A stretch of 64,000 nucleotides of DNA from the IMG/VR virus record IMGVR_UViG_3300025840_004398; one strand, 5' to 3'. Every line of letters starts with the position of its first letter. Within the stretch, counting starts at the first letter, position 1. The notes under the pieces are model-generated. The model was not told the DNA's origin. It did no database searches and saw nothing but the letters and a program-made list of their open reading frames with translations. A program made the translations under genes and the position numbers. Of this stretch, positions 1 to 10,188 are shown in pieces. Source of the DNA: a virus (taxonomy: Duplodnaviria; Caudoviricetes).

Positions 1-354
1 TCAGCACCTGTTGCTCATATATCGAATAATCAAATTGTTTGGTGTGAGGAATTGGAAGAGTTATTTCAGGCATCAGTAACTTTAGCAAACCCACCTTTTT
101 CATTTACAGATTCAGTAACATGGTCATCCTTTACAGGATTTGGAGGTAGTGGTGCCGGTGGATCTGGAGATATTAGTGCAGTATTAGCCGGAAATGGTTT
201 AACTGGTGGTGGTACAAGTGGTACTGTTCAAGTAAATGTTGGTGCTGGAAATGGTATCACCGTAACTGCTGATGCGGTTTCTCTTAATACAGGTTCTGCT
301 CATTTTACAGGAGGAGTACAAAAAGTAGAAATTGATGGTGGAAGTATATCATAA
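1..354 (+). CDS. 3' end of a virion/fibre-associated protein (truncated at window start)
   Basis: Frame is open from base 1 to TAA at 352-354. Contains GDISAVLAGNGLTGGG...SLNTGSAHF, also seen in ORF 3752, and ends EIDGGSIS. Confidence 0.75.
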   Translation, partial: SAPVAHISNNQIVWCEELEELFQASVTLANPPFSFTDSVTWSSFTGFGGSGAGGSGDISAVLAGNGLTGGGTSGTVQVNVGAGNGITVTADAVSLNTGSAHFTGGVQKVEIDGGSIS

Positions 355-369
355 GAAAAAATAAAATTA

Positions 370-377
370 TATTTATA
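370..377 (+). promoter_or_regulatory. Putative late-promoter motif TATTTATA
   Basis: Intergenic, upstream of ORF 485. The same 8-mer recurs before many structural genes. Confidence 0.4.
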
Positions 378-484
378 AAAAGATAAATACTACATAGTAT
401 TTTAAAATGGGGCAGATGACCCAAAAAAAAAATAAAGGTTATATAGGAATAATAATTAATTAAAAAACAAAGGAAAAAAACAAA

Positions 485-3400
485 ATGGCACAAATTATTA
501 GACATAAAAAAGGTGTCTTGGAAAGTGTTAAAGATGCTACTTTTAAAAGAAAAGCGGAAATCCTTGTATCAACAGGTTCATCTGTAAGTGGACTTGATTC
601 ATCTGTTGTTTTCATCGGTAGAGATGGTTCTCGTTTAGATGCGGTTGGTAAAATATATACTGGTTCAAGTACACCAGATATAGCCAACAATTCTAGCTTA
701 GATGACTCTATTGACGGAATTCCATTTTATAATACTACTTCTGAGAAACTTTTTATTCTCAAGAAAAGTGGTAATGTAGAAGTAAAAACAACGGCTAATA
801 CAAATGGTACAGGAATTATTTCTGGGTCACAACAAATTGCAGCTTTAGGAGCTGGAATTGTTAGTTCATCTGCACAAACCATTACACACTTATTAGGAAC
901 TAATGTATACTCAAGTTCAGCACAAGTTGCTCAAGACTTGACTACTGATAATAGAAATATTAACTTAGGTAATGGTACATTTACTACTACAAATACAGGT
1001 TCATTTGGACACTTATCTGTAACTGGTAATACTACTATCGATGGTAATCTTACGTTAGGTGGAAATATTACAATTGGAGATGCATCTTCGGATAATATTT
1101 CATTTGGAGGACAAGTTTCTTCAGATATTATACCTGACCCAAGTAACACATATGACTTAGGTTCATCTACAAATAAATTTGCGGAAATTCATGGTACTAC
1201 AATCTATGGTTCAATTTCTGCAACCAATGGTGTAGTTTCTGGTTCAACTCAAACTATTGCACACTTGAACGGAAGTGGAGTAATCTCCGGTTCAGAACAA
1301 TTACTTAACGAAGCAACTGATTTCGGTACTGGTAGAGTAAGTGGTGATAACTTTGGAGATGTTGCTGGAACTTCTACATTTACTGGTTCATTTGTAGGTG
1401 ATGGTAGTGGTTTAACTGGTTTGGCAACAAACTTGATAATTTCATCTTCCGATGATGGTACTAATGATTCATTAGACTTGTTAAGTGATACATTGAATTT
1501 TGCGGGTACATCTAATGAAGTTGATGTAACTGTTGATTCGGCTACTAATACAGTACAAGTTGGATTAGTAACTAACCCAACTATTGGTGGTAACTTAACT
1601 GTTGCTGGTAACTTAGAGATACAAGGAACAACTACAACTGTTGATTCAACTACAATCACTTTAGGAGATAATATTCTTGAATTGAATGGTAGTGGAGTTG
1701 CAAATGGTGGTTTATTAGTAAAAGATGCTACTTCACCAAATACTATAAGTGGTTCTTTACTTTGGGATTCAACAAATGACTATTGGAAAGCTGGTGCACT
1801 TGGTTCTGAAGAAAGAATCTTATTAGCTAATGGTGATGGAATTGTTTCTCAATCTTTACTTAACGATTTAACTGATAGTGAAGTTAATCAATTAAAGAAT
1901 ATTGATACAACTACAATCTCTACAACTCAATGGGGTTATTTAGGTTCATCTGACCAAGGAATTGCAACTACTGATAATGTAACTTTTGCAAACATTAGTG
2001 GTTCTGCTCTTGATTTAACTGGATTATTACATACTGATGGAAATGCAACTATTGGTGGAACTCTTGGAGTAACTGGTCTTTCATCTCTTGGAAACATTAG
2101 TGGTTCAAGTATTGACTTAACTGGTAATGTGGTTGCTGATGGAAATGCAAGTGTTGGTGGAACTTTAACTGTAACTGGTAATACTTCATTGGCAGGAATT
2201 AGTGGTTCTTCACTTGATATTACTGGAAATGCAAAAATTGATGGTAATTTAGTACTTGGAGGAAATATTACAATTGGAGATGCATCTACTGATACAATCG
2301 CATTCGGTGGTGACTTGACAACTGATATTATTCCTGATGTTACTAATACTGTTGATTTAGGTTCTTCTACTAGAGTATTCGCAGAAGCACATGCAACTAA
2401 TTTCTATGGTACAACTAATGGAACTGTAAATGCAACCAATGGTGTAATCTCCGGTTCAGAACAATTACTTAACGAAGCAACTGATTTCGGTACTGGTCGT
2501 GTAAGTGGTGATAACTTCGGTGATGTAGCTGGAACTTCAACTTTCACAGGTTCATTCGTGGGAGATGGTTCAGGAATTACTGGACTTTCAACTACAATTT
2601 CAATAAGTGGTTCAGATGGTTCAAATGACCAAGTATCTTTATTGAACGGAGCAGTCACATTTGATGGTGGAACTGGTGTATCAACAACAGTTGCTTCTGA
2701 TACTGTAACTATCTCTGTACAAGATGCTAGTACATCTGTAAAAGGTATCGCTTCATTCGAAACTGACGATTTCTCAGTAACCGCTGGAGCAGTATCTATC
2801 AAAAATGGTGGAGTAAGAGCAGTAAACTTAAACGCTGATGTTGTTGGTGATGGTCTTGAATTAGATGGTACTAACAATGATATTAACGTTCTTTATGGTT
2901 CAACTGCAAACACTGCTGTTGCAGGTAACACTACAATTACTGTTACTGGTACTACAAACGAAATCGAAATCACTGGAACTTCTGCTCAGACATTAGGTGG
3001 TGGAGCAAGTTATACAATCGGTTTACCAAATGATGTAACTATCGGAAATGACTTGACTGTATCTAATGATTTATCAGTTAGTGGAAACGCAACAATCACA
3101 GGAAACCTTTCAGTTCTTGGTACAACTACAACTATTGATTCAACTACTGTACAACTTGGTGATAATGTATTAGAACTTAATTATGGTGGTGCACAAGATA
3201 CCGCTGGACTTTTAGTTACTGATTCAACCGCACCAAATGTAGTAAGTGGTTCATTGTTATGGGATGGTACTAATGACTACTGGAAAGGTGGAGCATTAGG
3301 TTCTGAAAAAGAACTTGCTAGATTAAATGGTTCGGATAACGATACTAACTTCGTTCAGAAATTAGATGGTAATGGATTGTTAGTAGATTCTGTACTTTCT

Positions 3401-3595
3401 GATGATGGTACTGATGCAACATTTAGTGGTGATTTAACAATCACAGGTCTAAGTGCTGGTGCTAACGGAGCATTTATTTATGTTGATACTAATGATAAAT
3501 TACAATCAGTAAACGCTTCACAAGCGGGTGATGTAATTCAATGGGATGGTTCATCATTCGTTGCTTCTAACGAAATTGATGGTGGTGCTTTCTAA
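485..3595 (+). CDS. Tail fibre-like virion protein (1036 aa)
   Basis: Mtd_N-like start (MAQIIRHKKG), G/S/T-rich beta-helix-like GNLTxGGNITIG repeats, internal 45-aa duplication (1277-1411 and 2441-2575), C-terminal EIDGGAF. Confidence 0.8.
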   Translation: MAQIIRHKKGVLESVKDATFKRKAEILVSTGSSVSGLDSSVVFIGRDGSRLDAVGKIYTGSSTPDIANNSSLDDSIDGIPFYNTTSEKLFILKKSGNVEVKTTANTNGTGIISGSQQIAALGAGIVSSSAQTITHLLGTNVYSSSAQVAQDLTTDNRNINLGNGTFTTTNTGSFGHLSVTGNTTIDGNLTLGGNITIGDASSDNISFGGQVSSDIIPDPSNTYDLGSSTNKFAEIHGTTIYGSISATNGVVSGSTQTIAHLNGSGVISGSEQLLNEATDFGTGRVSGDNFGDVAGTSTFTGSFVGDGSGLTGLATNLIISSSDDGTNDSLDLLSDTLNFAGTSNEVDVTVDSATNTVQVGLVTNPTIGGNLTVAGNLEIQGTTTTVDSTTITLGDNILELNGSGVANGGLLVKDATSPNTISGSLLWDSTNDYWKAGALGSEERILLANGDGIVSQSLLNDLTDSEVNQLKNIDTTTISTTQWGYLGSSDQGIATTDNVTFANISGSALDLTGLLHTDGNATIGGTLGVTGLSSLGNISGSSIDLTGNVVADGNASVGGTLTVTGNTSLAGISGSSLDITGNAKIDGNLVLGGNITIGDASTDTIAFGGDLTTDIIPDVTNTVDLGSSTRVFAEAHATNFYGTTNGTVNATNGVISGSEQLLNEATDFGTGRVSGDNFGDVAGTSTFTGSFVGDGSGITGLSTTISISGSDGSNDQVSLLNGAVTFDGGTGVSTTVASDTVTISVQDASTSVKGIASFETDDFSVTAGAVSIKNGGVRAVNLNADVVGDGLELDGTNNDINVLYGSTANTAVAGNTTITVTGTTNEIEITGTSAQTLGGGASYTIGLPNDVTIGNDLTVSNDLSVSGNATITGNLSVLGTTTTIDSTTVQLGDNVLELNYGGAQDTAGLLVTDSTAPNVVSGSLLWDGTNDYWKGGALGSEKELARLNGSDNDTNFVQKLDGNGLLVDSVLSDDGTDATFSGDLTITGLSAGANGAFIYVDTNDKLQSVNASQAGDVIQWDGSSFVASNEIDGGAF

Positions 3596-3614
3596 GAATT
3601 ACTGATTTTAATAT

Positions 3615-3646
3615 AAAAACCCTCACAGAAATGTGGGGGTTTTTTT
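3615..3646 (+). terminator. Rho-independent terminator
   Basis: AAAAACCCTCACA-GAAA-TGTGGGGGTTTTT stem-loop plus T run, immediately after the ORF 485 stop. Confidence 0.85.
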
Positions 3647-3718
3647 ATATCTTTTTATATTCATATACTTATATAAGTGGTAGAATGTTTTTCATCCACT
3701 ATAATTTCAATACATTTA

Positions 3719-3726
3719 TATTTATA
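3719..3726 (+). promoter_or_regulatory. Putative late-promoter motif TATTTATA
   Basis: 25 nt upstream of the ORF 3752 start, just after a terminator. Variant TACTTATA at 3666-3673. Confidence 0.5.
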
Positions 3727-3751
3727 TGTAATAAATTAGGAAGAACTATTA

Positions 3752-6700
3752 ATGGCAGCTATATTAAAATTAAGAAGAGGAACTACTATACCTTCTCTTG
3801 TACAATCTGAACTTTTTTATAATACATCTAATGATATTTTATTGGTTGGAGATGGTTCATCTCAGATATCAATTGTTAAAATAGGTAGTAACACTGGTTC
3901 AATTGAATTTACAGGTGCAGTCACTGCATCTTCAATATCCTCATCTGGTGATGTAATTGCAAATAATATATCCGCTTCTAATTTAGATTTAACTGGTAAT
4001 GCAGTTATAGATGGAAATATCACTTTAGGTGGTAATATCTATTTAGGTGACCAAATAGCTGACAATATTAATGTAACCGCTCAATTTAGTGGTTCTCTTA
4101 TTCCATCTGCATCGAATGAATATGATTTAGGTTCTTCTGTAAAAAAATGGAGAAACCTTTGGGTAGTATCTGCTTCTATTGATGACTTAACAGTTGGTGG
4201 TAGTGGTATTTTATCATCATCAAACGAAAACTTCACAACATTTAGTTCTTCAGTAGACTCTAGACTTGATAACACAGAAACAACAGGTTCAGACCACGAA
4301 AGTAGAATTGATATTTTAGAAACTACTTTTTCAAGTTCAGTTGATACTCGTTTAGATAATGCAGAAACAACAGGTTCAGACCATGAGAGTAGATTAGATA
4401 CAATTGAAACTACGTTTAGTTCTTCGGTAGATTCTCGTTTAGATTTATTAGAAATTACAGGTTCAGACCATGAATCAAGAATAGATGAAATTGAAACTAC
4501 CTTCTCATCATCAGTAGATTCTCGATTAGATACTTTAGAAGGACCATTTAGTACTTCAGTTGATACTCGTTTAGATAATACAGAATCAACAGGCTCAGAC
4601 CATGAAACTCGTATAGATGAAATTGAAACTACATTTAGTTCTTCAGTAGATTTACGTTTAGATACTTTAGAAGGACCATTTAGTACTTCAGTAGATTCTC
4701 GTTTAGATAATGCAGAATTAACAGGTTCAGACCACGAAAGTAGATTAGATACAATTGAAACTACATTTAGTTCTTCAGTAGATTTTCGTTTAGATAACAC
4801 AGAATTAACAGGTTCAGACCACGAAAGTAGAATTGATATTTTAGAAACTACTTTTTCAAGTTCAGTAGATAGTAGGTTAGATACTTTAGAAGGACCATTT
4901 AGTACTTCAGTAGATTCTCGATTAGATGACTTAGAAACTTTTTCTCAATCACTTGATGCAGAATTCTTAAATACAAATGGTGATGGTGTAGTATCAGGTT
5001 CAGACCAAGTAACTCAATCACTTGATTTAAGATATTTAGAAATTAATGGTGATAATGTATTTACACAATCTTCTCAAGTAAATGCAGATGACATTACTAA
5101 CTTTGATAGTAATGTAAAAGATAAAATGAATGCCGATACAGTTGTATCAGGTTCATCACAGATATTGGATGGAAGTGGAATACTTTCATCATCAAACGAA
5201 AACTTTACAACTTTTTCATCTTCAATTGATGGAAGAGTAGATATACTTGAAACTACATTCTCATCATCAGTAGATTCAAGATTAGATGAATTAGAAGGAA
5301 ATTTTTCATCTTCTGTTGATTCTCAATTAAATGGACTATACACTTATACTTCATCTCTAAAAAATTCAATAGAAGTAAGTGGAGCTAATTTGACTGTTTT
5401 AGGAAACTTGACAGTACAAGGAACACAAACATCATTAAACACAAATGATTTAATTGTAGAAGATAAATTAATTGCAATTGCAAGTGGTTCAACTTCTTCC
5501 GCAACATCAGACGGAGCTGGATTATTTATTAGTGGAGCAAATGCATCTATTACATGGAATCATGCAGATAGTGTTTTAGAATTTAATACTAAAGTATCAT
5601 CATCTATTGGATTCAAGGGAGATGGTTCTGAACTTATTGACATTCAACATGGAAATGTTGATTTTGGAGGAAGTGACATTATTTCAGGTTCTTCTCAAGT
5701 AACACAATCATTGGATACACGATACTTGGAAATCAATGGAGATTCTGTTGTTAGTTCTTCACAACAAATTTCAAACTACAATACATTCTTAGAAATCAAT
5801 GGTGATAGTGTAGTATCTTCATCTCAACAAATTTCAAACTACAATGTATTTGCAGAATTAAATGGTGACAACTTGGTTTCATCATCTCAACAAATTTCAG
5901 ATTATAATACTTTCTTAGAAATTAATAGTGATAGTGTAGTATCTTCCTCACAACAAATTTCTAACTATGGAATATTTGCAGAATTAAATGGTGACAACTT
6001 AGTTTCATCATCTCAACAAATTTCTAACTATGGAATATTTGCAGAATTAAATGGTGACAACTTAGTTTCATCATCTCAACAAGTTATAGGACACTTACCA
6101 ACTGGAATTATAAGTGGTTCTACATATACTAATTTTAGTTCATCAGTAGATTCAAGATTAGATACTTTAGAAGGTTCATTCTCAACTTCAGTTGATTTGA
6201 GATTAGATAATGCAGAATCAACAGGCTCAGACCATGAAAGTAGATTAGATACACTCGAAACTACATTCTCATCATCAGTAGATTCAAGATTAGATACTTT
6301 AGAAGGTTCATTCTCAACTTCAGTAGATTTTCGTTTAGATAATACAGAATCAACAGGCTCAGACCATGAAAGTAGATTAGATACACTCGAAACTACATTT
6401 AGTTCTTCAGTAGATAGTAGATTAGATTATGTTGAAACTACATTTAGTTCTTCAGTAGATGGTAGATTAGACTTATTAGAAAACTTTAGTTCATCCGAAT
6501 ATATTACAGACTCATCTTCTTTTGATGGTAGATTGGATAATATAGAAACATTCACATCATCGATAGATAGTAGAGTTTCAGCAGTTGAGGGTACATCCCA
6601 TACTCACAGTAACAAAGCTAATTTAGATGCAATTAATCAAAATCTTTCAACCACATCAAATGTAACTTTTGATAAAATAAACATTTCATCTGTATCACTT

Positions 6701-9502
6701 GGTGACTCAACTAATTTAAATGCTCTTTTAATTAGTTCAAGTGATGAGGTAATTTACAGAGGATTGGGTTCTGCAGCATTTGTTCACTATTCACAATCAA
6801 TTGATGATGGTAACCCTGCAGTAATTGGTACTGCTGGAGCGGTTAAATCATATGTTGATGCTAAGATAATTGCCGCTGGTGCTGGTGATATTACCGCAGT
6901 AACACCTCGTATTGGTGGTGGTTTATTAGGTGGTGGTTTTGTTGGTCATGTTTCTTTATCACTTGATACTGGTTCAGCTCATTTTACCGAGGGTGTTCAT
7001 ACAAAAATAGATAATCTTAGATTAATAAGTGGTTCTTCACAATTAACATCTTCATTTGTACAAACAACTGGTGATGAAACTATTGGTGGTAATAAAACAT
7101 TTAGTGGTAATTTAATTATACAAGGAGACTTATCCGCACTTGGTCAATTAACTTATATTTCATCTTCTGTTGTTACAATAGAGGATAATTTTATAAGAGT
7201 AAATTATGGTGGAAGTGGAGTAGATGGTGGTATTCAAGTAACTGATGCCTTTGGAGTAAACACAATAACTGGTTCATTGGCTTATGATGCTAACTTAGAT
7301 TATTGGAAAGCTGGTAAAAGTGGTCTTGAGTCAAGAATTATATTAGAGAGTGATGGTGTAGTTTCACAATCAATACAAATTAATGTTCAAGAAACTACAA
7401 ACTATTCTGCTATTAACCAATATTCGGATACAAAAGTTGAAACTTTTGTAAATAATAGAGATTTTCATAGTGGTTCTTATCTTGGAATTGCAACAACTTC
7501 AGATTTAGATGAAGGATTAAATAAATACTATACCGATTCAAGGGTACTAAATTACATAAATAGTATAAGTGTATTATCTGGTTCCGTTGATTTAAGTACA
7601 TTAGTAACTACTTCTTCTTTTCAGTCTTACACTCAATCAAATGATAGTAGAGTTAGTGCATTAGAAAATTGGTCATCTTCACTTGATAGTTCTTACGTTA
7701 CTGAGGGTGAATTGACTACTTTAAGTCAATCTATTGATAATACAATATCAACAAAATTAAATACAGGTTCATATAATACAGACTCACAATCATTCGACTC
7801 AAGAATTGATACACTAGAAGGAGCTTCTAACGAAAACCCATTAACATTTAGCGATACAACCACTATTACTTTAAATAGAGTTGGTGATAATATTACCGCT
7901 GATGCTATAGGTGGTATTATTTCATCATCCATTCAGATAGATAATTTAGGATTCTTACAAGTAAATGGTGACAACGTAGTTTCTTCATCTGCACAAGTAA
8001 TATCTTTACTTCCAAGTGGAGTAGTGAGTGGTTCATCTCAAATTACAGATGGAAGTGGATTAGTATCTTCATCAACTCAAATAACAGCTGGAAGTGGATT
8101 AGTAAGTGGTTCAGACCAAGTAACTTCTTCACTTGATTTAAGATATCATAAAGAATCAGACCACCAACTTTTTTCACAATCAGTTGACTCTAGAATAGAC
8201 ACATTAGAAGGTACATCAAATGAAAGTCCTCTAACATTTAATGATACATCCACAATTGATTTGGTTAGAACTGGAGATACAATAACCGCAAATGCAATAG
8301 GTGGAATCGTTTCAAGTTCTCAACAAGTTAAAGATTTAGGATTTGTTGATTTATCATCTACACAAACGATTAGTGGAACAAAAACATTTACTGATATTGT
8401 TGTAAATGGAACAGGTTCATTTGCATATATTGAATCGGTAAGTGGTACTGCTAAAATTATTGGTGATGCTTATATAGTTGTTAACAACAATACACCAACA
8501 GAAAGATATGCAGGTTTATCAGTTTATGATTCTGGTTCTGCTAACACTACCGCATCTTTACAATTTGATGGACAAACAAACGATTGGTTCTATTCCTATG
8601 ACGATGGTGCAATTGATTATGGTGTTGTCTTATTTGGACCAGAATATAGTACAAAAGGTTCACCAACTTATCCATCAAATAACAAAGTTCTAAAAGGAAC
8701 AGGAGGACATCATTTAGCAGATTCTAATATTACAGATAATGGAACTACTATTAATCTTGGTTCTAATACAACTGTAAGTGGAACATTAGTATCAACAGGT
8801 ACAACCATAGTATCTCAGTCATTACTTAACGATTTAACTGATAGTGAAGTAAACCAACTTAAAAATATTGGTACAAGTACAATTTCTGCAACTCAATGGG
8901 GTTATTTAGGTTCATCTGACCAAGGAATTGCAAGTGGAGATGACCCTACCTTTAATACTTTAACTTTAGATGTTGCCGATGGTACTGCACCAATGACAGT
9001 TACTTCAACTACAAAAGTAACTAATCTGAATGCAGACCTATTAGATGGTTTAACTTCTGATGACTTCCTTCGTTCAGACGCATTAGGTGGGGAAATCACA
9101 TTCTCTAATACAACTAACTCAACTTCAAAAACAACTGGAGCAGTTAAAATAAGTGGTGGTGTTGGTATAGCTAAAACTTTAAATGTTGGAGAAGATATCG
9201 TTGCATACGCATCCTCAGATAGAAGATTAAAAGATGAAATCCAACCAATTTCTAACCCAATTGAAAAAATTTCTAAAATTGGTGGGTATTCTTTTGTATG
9301 GAATGGTGAAAAACAGAATATTTATAAAGGTAAAGATTATGGAGTGATAGCTCAAGAAATTGAAGAAATCTTACCAGAATTGGTTGATACACGAGAAAAT
9401 GGGTATAAAGCCGTTAAATATGATAAGTTAGTATCACTTCTTATCGAAGGTATCAAAGAACTTTCTGAAGAAGTAAAAGAATTAAAAGAAAAAATTAAAT
9501 AG
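3752..9502 (+). CDS. Long tail fibre with C-terminal Peptidase_S74 intramolecular chaperone (1916 aa)
   Basis: Mtd_N-like start (MAAILKLRRG), coiled-coil repeat blocks, and C-terminal AYASS-DRRLKD...GYSFVWN...YGVIAQEIEEILPELV...VKYDKLVSLLIEGIKEL, typical of S74. Confidence 0.85.
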   Translation: MAAILKLRRGTTIPSLVQSELFYNTSNDILLVGDGSSQISIVKIGSNTGSIEFTGAVTASSISSSGDVIANNISASNLDLTGNAVIDGNITLGGNIYLGDQIADNINVTAQFSGSLIPSASNEYDLGSSVKKWRNLWVVSASIDDLTVGGSGILSSSNENFTTFSSSVDSRLDNTETTGSDHESRIDILETTFSSSVDTRLDNAETTGSDHESRLDTIETTFSSSVDSRLDLLEITGSDHESRIDEIETTFSSSVDSRLDTLEGPFSTSVDTRLDNTESTGSDHETRIDEIETTFSSSVDLRLDTLEGPFSTSVDSRLDNAELTGSDHESRLDTIETTFSSSVDFRLDNTELTGSDHESRIDILETTFSSSVDSRLDTLEGPFSTSVDSRLDDLETFSQSLDAEFLNTNGDGVVSGSDQVTQSLDLRYLEINGDNVFTQSSQVNADDITNFDSNVKDKMNADTVVSGSSQILDGSGILSSSNENFTTFSSSIDGRVDILETTFSSSVDSRLDELEGNFSSSVDSQLNGLYTYTSSLKNSIEVSGANLTVLGNLTVQGTQTSLNTNDLIVEDKLIAIASGSTSSATSDGAGLFISGANASITWNHADSVLEFNTKVSSSIGFKGDGSELIDIQHGNVDFGGSDIISGSSQVTQSLDTRYLEINGDSVVSSSQQISNYNTFLEINGDSVVSSSQQISNYNVFAELNGDNLVSSSQQISDYNTFLEINSDSVVSSSQQISNYGIFAELNGDNLVSSSQQISNYGIFAELNGDNLVSSSQQVIGHLPTGIISGSTYTNFSSSVDSRLDTLEGSFSTSVDLRLDNAESTGSDHESRLDTLETTFSSSVDSRLDTLEGSFSTSVDFRLDNTESTGSDHESRLDTLETTFSSSVDSRLDYVETTFSSSVDGRLDLLENFSSSEYITDSSSFDGRLDNIETFTSSIDSRVSAVEGTSHTHSNKANLDAINQNLSTTSNVTFDKINISSVSLGDSTNLNALLISSSDEVIYRGLGSAAFVHYSQSIDDGNPAVIGTAGAVKSYVDAKIIAAGAGDITAVTPRIGGGLLGGGFVGHVSLSLDTGSAHFTEGVHTKIDNLRLISGSSQLTSSFVQTTGDETIGGNKTFSGNLIIQGDLSALGQLTYISSSVVTIEDNFIRVNYGGSGVDGGIQVTDAFGVNTITGSLAYDANLDYWKAGKSGLESRIILESDGVVSQSIQINVQETTNYSAINQYSDTKVETFVNNRDFHSGSYLGIATTSDLDEGLNKYYTDSRVLNYINSISVLSGSVDLSTLVTTSSFQSYTQSNDSRVSALENWSSSLDSSYVTEGELTTLSQSIDNTISTKLNTGSYNTDSQSFDSRIDTLEGASNENPLTFSDTTTITLNRVGDNITADAIGGIISSSIQIDNLGFLQVNGDNVVSSSAQVISLLPSGVVSGSSQITDGSGLVSSSTQITAGSGLVSGSDQVTSSLDLRYHKESDHQLFSQSVDSRIDTLEGTSNESPLTFNDTSTIDLVRTGDTITANAIGGIVSSSQQVKDLGFVDLSSTQTISGTKTFTDIVVNGTGSFAYIESVSGTAKIIGDAYIVVNNNTPTERYAGLSVYDSGSANTTASLQFDGQTNDWFYSYDDGAIDYGVVLFGPEYSTKGSPTYPSNNKVLKGTGGHHLADSNITDNGTTINLGSNTTVSGTLVSTGTTIVSQSLLNDLTDSEVNQLKNIGTSTISATQWGYLGSSDQGIASGDDPTFNTLTLDVADGTAPMTVTSTTKVTNLNADLLDGLTSDDFLRSDALGGEITFSNTTNSTSKTTGAVKISGGVGIAKTLNVGEDIVAYASSDRRLKDEIQPISNPIEKISKIGGYSFVWNGEKQNIYKGKDYGVIAQEIEEILPELVDTRENGYKAVKYDKLVSLLIEGIKELSEEVKELKEKIK
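4235..4936 (+). repeat. Coding tandem repeat: 16 units of 15 aa (x10) and 14 aa (x6)
   Basis: Units TTFSSSVDSRLDxxE, GPFSTSVDxRLDxxE and xTGSDHESRxDxxE read directly from the translation. Confidence 0.9.
5726..6082 (+). repeat. Coding tandem repeat, 21 aa (63 bp) x about 5.7
   Basis: Units (L/A)E(I/L)NGD(S/N)(V/L)VSSSQQIS(N/D)Yxx F. Confidence 0.9.
6134..6481 (+). repeat. Second block of the 14/15-aa repeat
   Basis: FSSSVDSRLDTLE, GSFSTSVDxRLDNxE and STGSDHESRLDTLE units. Confidence 0.85.
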
Positions 9503-9513
9503 GAAACCTATAT

Positions 9514-10149
9514 ATGGCTCAGATAATTAAATTAAAAAGAAGTTTAGTTCAAGGCAATGAACCAACTACTTCTGACTTATCACCTGGAGAATTAGCAATA
9601 AACGTTTATGATGGTAAAGTATTCCTAAGAAAGTCAGGCTCTGCTGTTGGTGATACCGTTCAAGAATTAGTAACAAATAACTTCACAGGTTCAGTTAACA
9701 TACAAGGTACAGTATCAGCTTCATTTTATCAAGGAGACGGTTCTCAACTGAGCGGTATTACAGTTGCTCAATCAGCAACAGTTAGAAAATATTATAATGG
9801 TTCAACTTGGGTAGTAACTCATAATTTAGATACCCCAAATCCATTAGTACAGACTTATGATAGTGATAATTATCAAATTATCCCACAATCAATTAGATTA
9901 ACAGATAACAATACTATAACAATTACTTTCCCAAGTATAGTTAGTGGTTCTGCAGTTGTAGGTAAAGGTGGTCATATTGTTAGTGGTTCGGTAGATGCCG
10001 ACAACGTTACTGGTTTCGATACAAAAGTAAAAACAAAATTAAATATAGAAGGAGTATTTAGTAGTTCACAACAAGTTGTCTTACAAGGTGATGTAACCGG
10101 AACTGCAGCTTCATCATCAATTGCAGAAATTGATGGAGGTAATATATAA
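9514..10149 (+). CDS. Short fibre/adaptor-like virion protein (211 aa)
   Basis: Clear Mtd_N-like start (KLKRS...P...L.PGELAIN.YDGKVF), a THNL...VQTYD...IIP domain shared with ORF 13264, and C-terminal EIDGGNI. Confidence 0.7.
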   Translation: MAQIIKLKRSLVQGNEPTTSDLSPGELAINVYDGKVFLRKSGSAVGDTVQELVTNNFTGSVNIQGTVSASFYQGDGSQLSGITVAQSATVRKYYNGSTWVVTHNLDTPNPLVQTYDSDNYQIIPQSIRLTDNNTITITFPSIVSGSAVVGKGGHIVSGSVDADNVTGFDTKVKTKLNIEGVFSSSQQVVLQGDVTGTAASSSIAEIDGGNI

Positions 10150-10157
10150 TAACGATA

Positions 10158-10165
10158 TATTTATA
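10158..10165 (+). promoter_or_regulatory. Putative late-promoter motif TATTTATA
   Basis: 23 nt before ORF 10189, followed by the SD-like AAGAGGA. Confidence 0.5.
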
Positions 10166-10188
10166 ATATAAACAAAGAGGAATAAAAA

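Noticed and set aside
409-431. TGGG-GCAGATGA-CCCA hairpin followed by an A run as a terminator or riboregulator
   Set aside because: Only a 4-bp core stem with no T tail on the + strand; insufficient support.
4235-6481. Tandem repeats as a CRISPR array
   Set aside because: Units are multiples of 3, degenerate at synonymous positions, in frame in a fibre gene, with no unique spacers or cas genes.
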